In this document: piece after piece, positions 27,472 to 38,100 of the stretch | Layout of the letters: each line of letters starts with the position of its first letter | Position numbering within the stretch: position 1 is the first letter of the stretch | NCBI GenBank assembly: GCA_044345485.1 | Contig: JBIJAX010000004.1 | Coordinates: 4,144 to 68,143, forward strand | Length of the DNA stretch: 64,000 nucleotides | Direction: 5' to 3' | Source of the DNA: Candidatus Kapaibacterium sp. | GTDB lineage: Bacteria > Bacteroidota > Ignavibacteria > Kapaibacteriales > Kapaibacteriaceae | Notes under the pieces: generated by a model | The model's database searches: none | What the model was told of the DNA's origin: nothing | Seen by the model: only the letters and a program-made list of their open reading frames with translations | Translations under genes and position numbers: made by a program

Positions 27472-28827
27472 TTACTTTCGTTGATAATGTTCTGTACGAC
27501 GTGCTGTATCAGGTTTGATGAACACGTAGGTGAACTTCTTTGTGCTGTCCCACCGATAGTTAACCCAGTGTGTTTTGCCATTTACCGCGTATCGCAGCGC
27601 ATAGTGCGACGTATCACACTTGCGCAGATCAGTGATCGTTGCGCCTTTGAGAGCCTGCAAAAACGGACGCACAGAACTTGCACGTGGCTGCGGCATAATC
27701 TGATCATTTTGGATTGTGATTTTGCCGCGCATTGAGGCCATCATGTATGGCTTGGTCTTGATCGCATGATAATGGTAGTCGCCGTTCCACTCGTGTCCCA
27801 GGTGCTTATCAAGATTCGTAACTGCTGATCCGTCGGGCTCTGTGTAGCCGAATAGTGGATAGCCGTCTAGGCCCCATGCAATAGGAAGACTAGGACCAAG
27901 CACCTTTGCAAGGTGCGTTGGTGCGATATGGTAGTGATAATCATCTGCCCGACCACAGTGACCACCGAATGCGTCGAGTTCGCCGATATCCTGCGAAAAC
28001 TCTCCTCTGTTATTCTCAGGATTGAACACCGGAACGCCGTTGGCACCGATGGCCACTGCGCCGGTATGCAGGGCTGTGTCAAGTGACACAGAAACATCAG
28101 CTACAATAGGTTGAAGCGGGATAGACCATGCATTATTGCCGAAGTACGGCTGCGGAATAGGCACCTGTTGCTGCCAGGCTGTAATGCCCTTCATTGCAGG
28201 CATTTCCGATGGCATTCCGTTACTCTCGACATAGAAATACGTGTTATCCCAACGTGTCTTGACAAGGGGCTTAAACGGCAAGAAGCTGCTGTCGATGCGT
28301 TCTGGACTCGTACCTGCGAGGACCTTGCGAACAAAGGCGTACGACGACGGAACAGAGGCAACTGAACCGAATCCAATGAGCACTGCCATAGAATATCCCA
28401 ACGCACGCCGATGACGTGGAGTCTTCACATATGCTGCAACCATACCCAGGAGTGCTACTGCAAGCCCCATATAGAGATATGGCGATGGCTGCTCCGTTGG
28501 CAGCGGTTCGGTCTTCACCGAAGGCGTGCGCTCTAGCGTAGGTGCTGGATGCAGAGCCGAAATCGCAAGAAATCGCGAGTCGGCATAGACCTGATCGTGA
28601 TCCGAGAGGTTCGTCATCGGAATAACGTGGTGTTTGCCACGCTTGTCTTCGATGACCACAGATTCATTGCGGAAGCTATGAAGTGATCCGTGCAGGTGTC
28701 TCCCATCACGGAAGTGCCATGAGTGAAGCGTCCCTTTGCCATGTCCACCCACGTGACCAAGAGACGTCTGTGGTAGCATAACAAAGGCAACCGTCAGGGC
28801 TAGCAAGAATTGGGATATGTAACGCAT
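27472..28827 (-). CDS. YHYH-domain protein with an N-terminal His-rich SHD1-like segment and central transmembrane helices
   Basis: GHCGRADDYHYHIAP and GDYHYHA motifs. The N-terminus is HVGGHGKGTLHSWHFRDGRHLHGSLHSFRNESVVIEDKRGKHHVIPMTNLSDHDQ. Hydrophobic segments are YLYMGLAVALLGMVAAYV and MAVLIGFGSVASV. Confidence 0.75.
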   Translation of the reverse strand: MRYISQFLLALTVAFVMLPQTSLGHVGGHGKGTLHSWHFRDGRHLHGSLHSFRNESVVIEDKRGKHHVIPMTNLSDHDQVYADSRFLAISALHPAPTLERTPSVKTEPLPTEQPSPYLYMGLAVALLGMVAAYVKTPRHRRALGYSMAVLIGFGSVASVPSSYAFVRKVLAGTSPERIDSSFLPFKPLVKTRWDNTYFYVESNGMPSEMPAMKGITAWQQQVPIPQPYFGNNAWSIPLQPIVADVSVSLDTALHTGAVAIGANGVPVFNPENNRGEFSQDIGELDAFGGHCGRADDYHYHIAPTHLAKVLGPSLPIAWGLDGYPLFGYTEPDGSAVTNLDKHLGHEWNGDYHYHAIKTKPYMMASMRGKITIQNDQIMPQPRASSVRPFLQALKGATITDLRKCDTSHYALRYAVNGKTHWVNYRWDSTKKFTYVFIKPDTARRTEHYQRK

Positions 28828-29089
28828 CCGACTCTGATGCATAGCGTGCACGATACGTTTAATCCCTTGCTGCGCATAGGGTTACGATGATCTCCGTTGC
28901 GTTATGCAACGCCAACATTCAGGAATCCATAAGCACAGAAGACGTTACAATGCCTAGCAATACGGCATGCTACGCCATACATGTGTGCACGCACACCGAG
29001 GCTACAGAAACAGTAGATGTATCGCACACTATTGCCTTGCGATCGTCCGTTAACAGTGTGTTGTATGTATTCATCACCAAGGAACCAAC

Positions 29090-29563
29090 ATGATCACTCG
29101 CAATGCCATAGGTATCGATGCTGCTCGCGCAGGCGAGCTTGCATACTCTCTCAATACGCTGCTAGCCAACTACGCCGTGTTCTACCAGAATGTTCGCGGA
29201 TTTCATTGGAACATTCGTGGTGAGAAGTTCTTTGAACTTCATATGAAGTTCGAAGAACTGTACATGGATCTGCAACTCAAGATCGACGAGATCGCCGAAC
29301 GCATAGTAACGTTGGGTGGCACTCCATTGCACACGTTTATTGGATTCACGGAACATGCAACGATACATGCTGTAGCAAATGTATCCGACGGACGATCAGC
29401 AGTGTTAAACATCCTCGATTCAATGAAGGTTGTTATTGATATTCAACGAAGCATCCTGACGTTGTCTGCCGATGCTGATGATGAAGGGACGAATGCCCTC
29501 ATGAGCGATTACGTTCGCGCGCAGGAAAAGCTCGTGTGGATGTATTCGGCGTATCTAGGATAG
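29090..29563 (+). CDS. dps: Dps family DNA-protection/ferritin-like protein
   Basis: LNTLLANYAVFYQNVRGFHWNIRGEKFFELHMKFEELY...IDEIAERIVTLGGTP. Confidence 0.9.
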   Translation: MITRNAIGIDAARAGELAYSLNTLLANYAVFYQNVRGFHWNIRGEKFFELHMKFEELYMDLQLKIDEIAERIVTLGGTPLHTFIGFTEHATIHAVANVSDGRSAVLNILDSMKVVIDIQRSILTLSADADDEGTNALMSDYVRAQEKLVWMYSAYLG

Positions 29564-29574
29564 AAGGTTGTGTC

Positions 29575-30681
29575 TTACTCAGCGTAGCGTCGGAGATATG
29601 CAGAGAGCGGACGCTCGATAAGGCTGTATGTACCGTATGCTATAATGTTGAAGATCACATAGCTAACAAAGGCTGCAACAACGAAGTGCAGACCTAATTC
29701 CTCAAGACTTCGTTGTGTATACATGCCAATATTCTTCACGGGGCCAACTGGCAGAAACTGGATAAGATAAAGTGCGAAGGAACACTCTCCGAGGCGAAGC
29801 ATTAGTGGTGTTGAAAGCAACGCTGAAATCCGTCCGCCTGCATGGAGTCCATAAAACATAATGGCGGATGCTACGGCTATGCCACGAAATCCCATTGTGC
29901 CGAGAAATTCATGACCAGCAAGACGCGGACCACCATGTGCAATGATGAGGTTGATGCTCACGAGATACAGCGCCACACCGAGAGCAACACAAACATCACC
30001 GTAGTGCTTGCCCCTTCCCAGATATGTGCGAGCGACAATGGCAGCAAACATCCCTGATGCAAAATCGGGCAGGCGTCCAAGAATGGTAAAGGTCCATGCC
30101 TCGTTATCACGGTATCCAGATATCATTTCAAGAGCGTTGATGTATGCTGTTGTTGATGTTGTAGAAATAAACATCATACCAACCCACGACACTGCAACGA
30201 GAAGCAGTACAGGACGCAGCGCATCAAGCCTGTTTCTGAGTTTGCTAAAGAACGTGATAAAGAACGGGGCTAGCAGGTAGTAGTTTTCTTCAAGAGTAAG
30301 CGTCCACATCGGACTATTGATCGTAAATCGGAATGACGGTACCCAGGAGTGCAGTAGCGTTAAATGCAGTGCGATGTCCGTCCACTGATATCGTCCGAAC
30401 TGCGAGAGAACAGAGATCAGGATGATGATCGTTGTAAGAGGGTAGATACGTACGAGCCGACGTTTGATATAGCGTCCCCAACGAAACGACCCATCTATCA
30501 AGGAATCAGCATAGCGCCATGTAAAGAGATAACCAGACAGAGCAAAAAACATACTTACGCCGGTCCACCCATACTCTAGCGTGTCTGGGATCTCATGACG
30601 GTGTGACTCGATCATATGACCAAGAAAGACAATGCCTGCCGCAATAGCACGGATCCCTGTGAGAGCTGGAATATTCATCAA
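29575..30681 (-). CDS. Acyltransferase family 3 integral membrane protein
   Basis: N-terminal IPALTGIRAIAAGIVFLGH, then roughly ten hydrophobic helices. Confidence 0.8.
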   Translation of the reverse strand: MMNIPALTGIRAIAAGIVFLGHMIESHRHEIPDTLEYGWTGVSMFFALSGYLFTWRYADSLIDGSFRWGRYIKRRLVRIYPLTTIIILISVLSQFGRYQWTDIALHLTLLHSWVPSFRFTINSPMWTLTLEENYYLLAPFFITFFSKLRNRLDALRPVLLLVAVSWVGMMFISTTSTTAYINALEMISGYRDNEAWTFTILGRLPDFASGMFAAIVARTYLGRGKHYGDVCVALGVALYLVSINLIIAHGGPRLAGHEFLGTMGFRGIAVASAIMFYGLHAGGRISALLSTPLMLRLGECSFALYLIQFLPVGPVKNIGMYTQRSLEELGLHFVVAAFVSYVIFNIIAYGTYSLIERPLSAYLRRYAE

Positions 30682-30942
30682 GGGGCGAAACTACCGCTGA
30701 ATTGTGGTAAACGGATCCACAAGGGGTACATGACCAGTGGGATTGCCCTTGATGCGGTGACGTCCAGTAACACCCGTGGTGTTTATGATCCACGATGTTA
30801 TCGCGGGACGCGTTCGTGTTTGTGCGTTCGCCGAAGGGGCAAGTGCCGCGGTGGAAACGATGAAGAGAAAGCGCTGTGCAGAGCTCGCAAAAAACTTCTG
30901 ATTGACAGTTGGCGCGGTTTGACGTCCCCACCAACAAGGGGC

Positions 30943-32094
30943 TTACCTGCTCGAAAGAAACTTGTGTCGAAGATACCGACTCAATGGGCGCTCAAATGCA
31001 TAGTACAGACCGATAGAAACAAGATTCAGAACGATGTATGCGATGATTGAGGCGATGTAATGCTGGAAACCGGCACGTTCTAGATTGTACTGCAGTTGCA
31101 TTCCGATATTCGGCCACCAAAGAAATGGCATCAGCTGGATCAAGTAGAGTGCAAACGAAGCCTCACCCAGAATGATCATCGGTTTGCTTCCAAGTAATCG
31201 ATTGAAGAAGCCCCCTGAATGGAGACCGTAGATTACTATTGCTGCTGAAAGACCCAGACTGTATTGAAGTAACATTCCAAGCTTGTGCACACCAAAGCGT
31301 GCTGGACCACCAATTGACTCTAATCCATAAAGCGCAGATACAAATGCAAGGCAGCCTAAAACCACTAAACCGTCGCCGATGAATTGTCTCTTGGGCAGCA
31401 TTCGTCTTGCTATTTCTGCAGCGAGCATGCCGGAGACGAAATCGACGATTCGGCCAAAAATTGTAAACGTAAACGCACCACTGTCCCATCGACCCGAGAA
31501 GTAGAAGCGCACGTCTTGGTATAGTCTAGCCGAGCCATTTGCGAATGCGACTGTTGCCAACCATAGTAACAGAGAAAGCAGCAGTAATGCAGCTATGCGT
31601 TTCACCGCCGTGGATTGTTGAACACGAGAGTATACCTCGTTGAAGAACATTCCCATGATATAGATCAATATCGGCGCTGAAAAGTAGTAGGATTCTTCGA
31701 CGGTAAGAGTCCACATTGGACTGATGAGAGAGTGTCGATGGTCAGGGAACCAAGAATGCAGTAGCGTTAGATGCAGCAGCACATCTTTCAGAGAATGTTG
31801 ATCCCATTGCGATAGGACAACAATCAGGATAAGCAGGGATGTCAGCGGATAGATGCGGATAAGTCTCCGCTTGATGTAATCAGACCACGCAAATGTGCCG
31901 CCAAAGAGCTTGTCAGAATACAAGTACGAAAAGAGGTATCCACTTAGCGCAAAGAAAACATTTACACCTGTCCATCCATATTCAAACACAATGGGCAGAC
32001 TCTCTCGATACTGGAGAAGCAGATGACCAAAGAAAACCATGGCTGCTGCTACTGCCCGAATTCCTGTAAGTGCTGAGATATATGATGGAGGCAT
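30943..32094 (-). CDS. Acyltransferase family 3 integral membrane protein (paralog)
   Basis: ISALTGIRAVAAAMVFFGH. It is colinear with the 29575-30681 product (YGWTGV..FFALSGYLF, IKRRL.RIYPLT, LTLLHSW, SPMWTL..EE.YY). Confidence 0.8.
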   Translation of the reverse strand: MPPSYISALTGIRAVAAAMVFFGHLLLQYRESLPIVFEYGWTGVNVFFALSGYLFSYLYSDKLFGGTFAWSDYIKRRLIRIYPLTSLLILIVVLSQWDQHSLKDVLLHLTLLHSWFPDHRHSLISPMWTLTVEESYYFSAPILIYIMGMFFNEVYSRVQQSTAVKRIAALLLLSLLLWLATVAFANGSARLYQDVRFYFSGRWDSGAFTFTIFGRIVDFVSGMLAAEIARRMLPKRQFIGDGLVVLGCLAFVSALYGLESIGGPARFGVHKLGMLLQYSLGLSAAIVIYGLHSGGFFNRLLGSKPMIILGEASFALYLIQLMPFLWWPNIGMQLQYNLERAGFQHYIASIIAYIVLNLVSIGLYYAFERPLSRYLRHKFLSSR

Positions 32095-32104
32095 AGCGTT
32101 TAAC

Positions 32105-33511
32105 CTACGATCTTTTTGAAGTGTATGCCATGGCTGCTGGAATCATGAGCAGAGGTATCACGAGTACGTGATATCGTGATTGAATCTCAAGAAAACTGAA
32201 CGCAGCTACATGCAGCAGGAAGACCGACTGAGCAAGAAAGAGTACGCTATTCTTCCGTTGCCTGTTTCGGTATATGCCGAGAGCAGCGCTAGCTATGAGA
32301 AAGAAATAGACGCCCTGTGTTATCAAATGAAGTCTGTTGCGGAAGCGAAAGATTGATACCGCACGTTCTGTTGGGGCTTGTTCAACCGTTGAAAAGTACA
32401 CGCCGTAATCGTCACTGCCCCAGAACAACACAAACTTCGTTGCAACGAGCTTCGCAAATCCTATGGGATCCGATGTGACATTATCTATGGCGCGCTCGGT
32501 TGAAGCTCTATGAACAGCATCCACATTGTAGGAGTATTCATCGAGTATTGCTCCGTGCTTTGGCGCCCAAAAGCCATGAGATTCTTGCGTTGTTCCAACG
32601 TAGAGACTGAATCCAGCGCCGGACTTCCAAAGCGGCTGCTGCACTGCAGCCGAAGCAAGTATCATGATACCCCCAGCTACGAGAACAAATCCCACCGCAG
32701 TCGAGATTACTACTGCCAATTGAAATCGAAGACGATTGCGTAGTTGTTCGACCCCCCAGATCACATATGCTATGATTGTTGGTACTACGACAATGCCTAC
32801 AGGACGAAGCACGTGGGCTATTCCGAGAAGTGCTCCGGCCAGTATACCCCAATACCCCCATCGTATAGGTGAATCCAGCTCGCTTACTCGCAGCAGTGCT
32901 AACAAGGCTCCCAAGAAGAACACTTGAAACAGGTGCTCCTGGGCCACAACACTACAGAATGCTATCTGTGAGGGCCACAAGGCAAAGAAAAGAGCAGATA
33001 ATCTTCCCACATACTCGCCCCCTGCCATTGAGCCAAGACGGTATACCTGGTAGGCAATGATTACGGAGCACAGAACATTGAGCAGCTGAGCTACAACCAA
33101 CGATGGCGTGGTAAGCCAATACAGGCCGCCCAGAAGCAGTGGATAGAAGAACTTGAAGGGAAACACGGTCATCACCGGTGTGTATCCCATCACATTACCC
33201 GATGCAACCTTTAAAGCATACTGCTGGTAGCCCAGAAAGTCTGCTATGGGCAGTGTCCCAGCACTCGTAATCCACCACAGTCGGGGCACAAGGGTAATGC
33301 CTATCAGAAGCAGAAGGAACGTGGACTCAGATACTTGTAAACGCGTCGAACGAATGTAGCGGTATCCCATTGCGAGAGCTACCATCGCTGATACGCCAAG
33401 TACCCACATGATAAATACGTTGTCCGGAAACCTTATACGCCATAAAGCGGCACTACAGCACGCAGCAATAACCAGGATAACACAGCTGGCGATATGATGA
33501 AACCGTATCAT
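32105..33511 (-). CDS. ArnT/PMT-like (GT39/GT83-type) membrane glycosyltransferase
   Basis: Multi-pass membrane protein. The loop ...SAGTLPIADFLGYQQYALKVASG resembles the family's first periplasmic loop. The internal start MIRFHHIASCVILV avoids overlap with the divergent gene. Confidence 0.6.
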   Translation of the reverse strand: MIRFHHIASCVILVIAACCSAALWRIRFPDNVFIMWVLGVSAMVALAMGYRYIRSTRLQVSESTFLLLLIGITLVPRLWWITSAGTLPIADFLGYQQYALKVASGNVMGYTPVMTVFPFKFFYPLLLGGLYWLTTPSLVVAQLLNVLCSVIIAYQVYRLGSMAGGEYVGRLSALFFALWPSQIAFCSVVAQEHLFQVFFLGALLALLRVSELDSPIRWGYWGILAGALLGIAHVLRPVGIVVVPTIIAYVIWGVEQLRNRLRFQLAVVISTAVGFVLVAGGIMILASAAVQQPLWKSGAGFSLYVGTTQESHGFWAPKHGAILDEYSYNVDAVHRASTERAIDNVTSDPIGFAKLVATKFVLFWGSDDYGVYFSTVEQAPTERAVSIFRFRNRLHLITQGVYFFLIASAALGIYRNRQRKNSVLFLAQSVFLLHVAAFSFLEIQSRYHVLVIPLLMIPAAMAYTSKRS

Positions 33512-33603
33512 TGGCTCGATAAAGAGGTAAAGGGCCAAAGATACGGGGCATCTCGCTAGGATGTCGTATCGATACAGACAGCATGGTGGGGTATACTGCA
33601 GGT

Positions 33604-34266
33604 ATGAGATTTCGGAACCGAAATGACGCTGCACAGAGATTGCTTCCGCTGATCGGTGTTTACGCCAGGCATCATGGGATTGTGCTAGGTATTCCGCGTG
33701 GAGGTGTACCGATAGCCATTGAACTGGCACACTATCTCGATTGGAATATCTCTGCCTTACTTGTAAAGAAGATCTCGCATCCAGAGAACAAGGAATATGC
33801 TATTGGTGCGGTAAGTCTCAAGGGGGCATATATCGATCCACTGCATGCCTCAATCCCAACATCATACATCGAAGCGGAGATTCGCCGGCAGCGCAGCCTG
33901 TTAGAGGATCGGATGAAGAGATACGGGATTGGACGTGTGGACCTGCATCAGCAAACTGTGATGATCGTTGATGATGGAATTGCGACAGGAAATACGATGC
34001 GTTATGCAATAGAGGTAGTACGCCTTGAACATCCTCGGTGTATTGTTGTGGTTAGCCCCGTTGCAAGCATGGCGGCGGTACGCATGATCCGTCCGCTGGT
34101 TGAAGACCTAATCGTCCTGCATACTCCCCATAATCTTGGCGCGATAGGCGAATGGTATGATTCCTTTGAAGAGGTTACAGACGATGATGTGATGAAGTCA
34201 CTCTCCGTAGGTTTGCATCATGAACACACCGACAGAAGCAGAAGCAACCAAACACATGGTTCGTGA
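33604..34266 (+). CDS. Phosphoribosyltransferase family protein
   Basis: FRNRNDAAQRLL...VLGIPRGGVPIA and the PRPP-binding loop VMIVDDGIATGNTM. Confidence 0.8.
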   Translation: MRFRNRNDAAQRLLPLIGVYARHHGIVLGIPRGGVPIAIELAHYLDWNISALLVKKISHPENKEYAIGAVSLKGAYIDPLHASIPTSYIEAEIRRQRSLLEDRMKRYGIGRVDLHQQTVMIVDDGIATGNTMRYAIEVVRLEHPRCIVVVSPVASMAAVRMIRPLVEDLIVLHTPHNLGAIGEWYDSFEEVTDDDVMKSLSVGLHHEHTDRSRSNQTHGS

Positions 34267-35068
34267 GAAGTACTCACAGATCGCCGTACAGACCAAGGAA
34301 CAGAATGCTGCATCCTGCTGTGGGGCTGGAGGCTGTTCCACGGTAGACTACACGATCTTCGCTGAGGACTACTCAGCAATGAAGGGATACGTGGAAGGGG
34401 CTGATCTTGCTCTTGGATGTGGTATCCCGACAGAATTCGCGCAGATCAAGGAGGGAGATACTGTTGTAGATCTGGGATCTGGAGCCGGCAATGACGCATT
34501 TGTAGCTCGCGCGTTGGTGGGCACAAACGGCAAGGTTATCGGCGTAGATATGACGCCTGCCATGATTGATAAAGCCCGTGAGAATGCAGACAAATTGGGA
34601 TTCAACAATGTTGAATTCAGAATGGGAGAAATCGAACACCTGCCCATAGCTGCCAACAGAGCAGATGTTGTTGTCTCCAACTGCGTGTTAAATCTCGTAC
34701 CCGATAAGCGTCAGGCTTTTGCTGAAATGTATCGCATCCTTAAACCGGGCGGACATTTCAGCGTGAGTGATGTTGTGCTTCGCGGAGAGCTCCCGGACGC
34801 ATTAAAACATGATGCCGAAATGTACGCCGGATGTGTAGCCGGAGCCATTCAAGAAGTAGACTATCTGCGGTTACTTCGAGAGGTGGGCTTCGAAATGGTA
34901 CAAGTACAGAAAGAAAAGCCAGTTGTTCTTCCGGCGGATGTGCTGCGCCAGTATCTACGGCAGGAAGAAATTGACCGTATGCATGCCAACCGTGATGGGG
35001 TGCTTAGTATCACAGTTTACGGCATGAAGCCATTGATCCACTGTGATCCCAATTCGGGCTGTTGTTAG
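34220..35068 (+). CDS. arsM: Arsenite S-adenosylmethionine methyltransferase
   Basis: VREKYSQIA...CCGAGGCS, the SAM motif VVDLGSGAGNDAF, and C-terminal cysteines (HCDPNSGCC). Confidence 0.85.
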   Translation: MNTPTEAEATKHMVREKYSQIAVQTKEQNAASCCGAGGCSTVDYTIFAEDYSAMKGYVEGADLALGCGIPTEFAQIKEGDTVVDLGSGAGNDAFVARALVGTNGKVIGVDMTPAMIDKARENADKLGFNNVEFRMGEIEHLPIAANRADVVVSNCVLNLVPDKRQAFAEMYRILKPGGHFSVSDVVLRGELPDALKHDAEMYAGCVAGAIQEVDYLRLLREVGFEMVQVQKEKPVVLPADVLRQYLRQEEIDRMHANRDGVLSITVYGMKPLIHCDPNSGCC

Positions 35069-35146
35069 CAAGAGATAATATCAAATTCCTGATTTTTGCC
35101 TCGATTTTTGCAGGCAACATTTCACTTATATCAATCAGGATCGGGT

Positions 35147-38100
35147 ATGCGTTTTGCGACAACGTTGATACTCGTGCTGGCCGTGTTTATGGCTATAATG
35201 CCATCCGTGCATGCACAGGTTACTACTGCTACCGTTAACGGTACTGTTCGAAGCGATAAAGGCGATGTCATCGCCGGCGCAACTGTCAAGTTGAGACATA
35301 CACCATCGGGAACACTCTACGGGGCTGTTTCACGTAAGGATGGACGCTACATCATTACGGGTTTACGTATCGGTGGCCCATACGCAATGTCTGTTACCTC
35401 CGTAGGTATGAAAACCGCCGAATACACCATCCAAAATCTTGCACTCGGAGAAACACGCAAGTTTGACGTGGCCATGCAGCAAGGTGTTGTTGAAGGAGGT
35501 GCAGTCAGCGTTATTGCCCTGAACACGACTCCGATCAATTCGAACCTCACGGGCGCCAGTGAGACCGTATCTGAGAAAGTCATCACATCCTTCCCTACAA
35601 TCTCAAGAAATTTCCAGGACTTCGTCCGCTTTTCGCCTCAGACAGCATCGGCAGGGGGCGGAACATCGATCGGGGGTCGTAACAATCGTTACAACAACGT
35701 TCAGATTGACGGTACACAGTATAACGACCTCTTTGGCTTGGGTTCTAACGGCACGCCGGGCGGTCAGGCTAACACAACGCCGATTTCACTTGACGCTATC
35801 GAAGAATTTCAGGTTCTGGTAGCCCCATACGATGTTCGCCAAGGTCGGTTCTCTGGTGGCGGAGTTAATGCAGTTACGCGAAGTGGAACAAATTCGTGGA
35901 CTGGTTCTGCATACTATTTCACACGTAATGAGAAGATGATCGGTGATCTTGTGTCTACGAATTATCTGTCAAAGGCTGCCGATGGAACAACTCTTCCCGT
36001 TGGTGAGTATCGTGATACAACTGTACGCACACCATTTGCCTCATTCTCTGAGTATCAGGCAGGGGTTCGTGTAGGTGGACCGATCATCGAGAACAAGCTG
36101 TTCATGTTTGTCAATGCAGAGCAGACCAATCGTACGCAGCCAAAGCCTCAGCTTGCATTCTCGCAGAACGCTAATGGAGCGCTTATTAATGCAATCGCCG
36201 ATACAGTGGGATCAATTCTCAATACGGTCTACGGGTATAACGCAGGAGTGTTGGATAACCAAGAGGTTACGCGTCCGTCCCAGAAGATCTTTGCGCGCCT
36301 CGACTGGAATCTTGACGACAAGAACCGTCTTACACTCCGTCACAACATGGTTAACGCTGCTGATGATATTTACAACCCGGCACGTACAGGTGTGTTGTTC
36401 GGTAACCGTATGTATACCTTCAACAGCATCGCAAACAGCACTGTTCTCCAGTTGAACTCCACATTCTCAGATGATATGTCGAATGAACTCATCGTTGGCT
36501 ATACGACCGTGCGCGACTCACGTGAGATCGCAGGCGAGAAGTTCCCAACTGTGATCGTTTCTGATTCGCGAATCACGGGTATTAACATTACTGCTGGAGC
36601 AGAGAACTTCTCGCTTCAGAACAAACTCAGCACAAATGTGATCGAGGTTACAGATAATCTCACGTACAGCATGGGCAATCACACACTGACGTTTGGCACG
36701 CAGAACGAATTCTTCTCATTCTCGAATCTCTTCATTCGTGATAATGCTGGTACATGGAGCTTTAACTCTCTCAACGACCTGCGAAATGGCACAGCTGCGC
36801 GTCTCCAGTATTCCTTTGCCCGCCCTGGCTATCCATCGGATTGGGCTGCCAGCTTTGCAACAGCTCAGCTTGGATTGTACGCACAAGACGAATGGGAAGT
36901 TGCCGACAACTTGAAGGTTACAGTTGGTCTCCGTGCAGACATGCCTATCTTCTTCGACGAGGCGTCAAAGAACACAACAGCTGAAACAATAAAGCTTAAC
37001 CGTGATTCAACACAGACGCTTGGCTTGCTCACAAACCAACTTCCAAGCACAGCTCTGCTGTTCTCACCACGCGTTGGGTTCAACTGGAACTCAGGTGGCG
37101 AGAAGCCGCTGCAAATCCGTGGTGGTGCAGGTATCTTCACAGGACGTATCCCGTTTGTGTGGATCTCAAACCAATATTCAAATACCGGTGTCGAGATTGC
37201 ACGTCTTGATATCCGTCCTGCAAGCCCTACCGATACCACGATGCCGAAGTTCAATAAGGATTTCAACCCGGCAGATCCAGCGAACTACGCTCGTGTTGGT
37301 AACGTAACCGAGCTCAACGTAACAGCGAACAACTTCAAGATGCCGCAGAACCTTCGTTTGAATCTTGCAGCAGACCGCGAAGTTATCGATGGCTGGTATG
37401 GAACAGTAGAGGCAGTCTACACGAAGAATCTCAACGATATCTACTATTCAGATCTCAACCTTGATACTGTTGCTTCGCGTCGCCTTGCAGATGGTCGCGG
37501 TGTATACGGAACATATTCTGGCCGTAACACAACTCCTCGCACAAATGTTGGATCGTTCCGTAACGGACCGTTCACAAACATCATTGAGCTCAGCAATACA
37601 AGTGAAGGTTATAGCTACAGCGTGTCTGGTCAGCTTCGCAAACAGTTTACCAATGGCTGGTTTGCAAGTGTCTTTTACACATACGCTCGCTCATTCGATC
37701 AAAATTCAGGTTTGTCTTCGCAAGCCGTTTCCCAGTGGCGCTTCAATCACATCAAGGACAATCCGAACAAGGCCGATCTCTCTGCATCGTTGTTTGATAT
37801 TCCGCACCGCTTAGCAGCTTCCGTCAGCAAGCGATTTGAATATGCAGGGGGCTATGCTACAACAGTTAGCGCCTTCTATGAAATGCGCAGCGGACGTCCG
37901 TTCTCATATGTGTATGATGGCGACTTGAACGCTGATGGACAGACAGAGAATGATTTGATCTATGTTCCGAAGAACGCTAATGATCAAGGTGAAATCCTAC
38001 TTGGTCGCGTCGTATCTGTTGGATCAGGTGCAAATCGTCGCGACTCGCTTGTTCTTGCTAGCGCTACTGCTCGCCAGCAGCTTGAATCATACATCAGCCG

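Noticed and set aside
28852-29089. CGTTGC-N5-GCAACG palindrome in the dps / YHYH divergent region as a PerR/Fur/OxyR box
   Set aside because: It is only a 6-bp inverted repeat and has no resemblance to the known Fur/PerR (AT-rich 7-1-7) or OxyR consensus. That is too weak to call.
30593-30937. 114-aa minus-strand ORF in the acyltransferase spacer
   Set aside because: It runs out of frame into the start of the downstream acyltransferase gene. Its Cys/His/Ser/Arg-rich composition is non-protein-like.
33512-33730. Long N-terminal extension of the glycosyltransferase ORF
   Set aside because: It overlaps the divergent phosphoribosyltransferase gene and has no membrane-protein character. The internal Met at 33511 starts the first hydrophobic helix.
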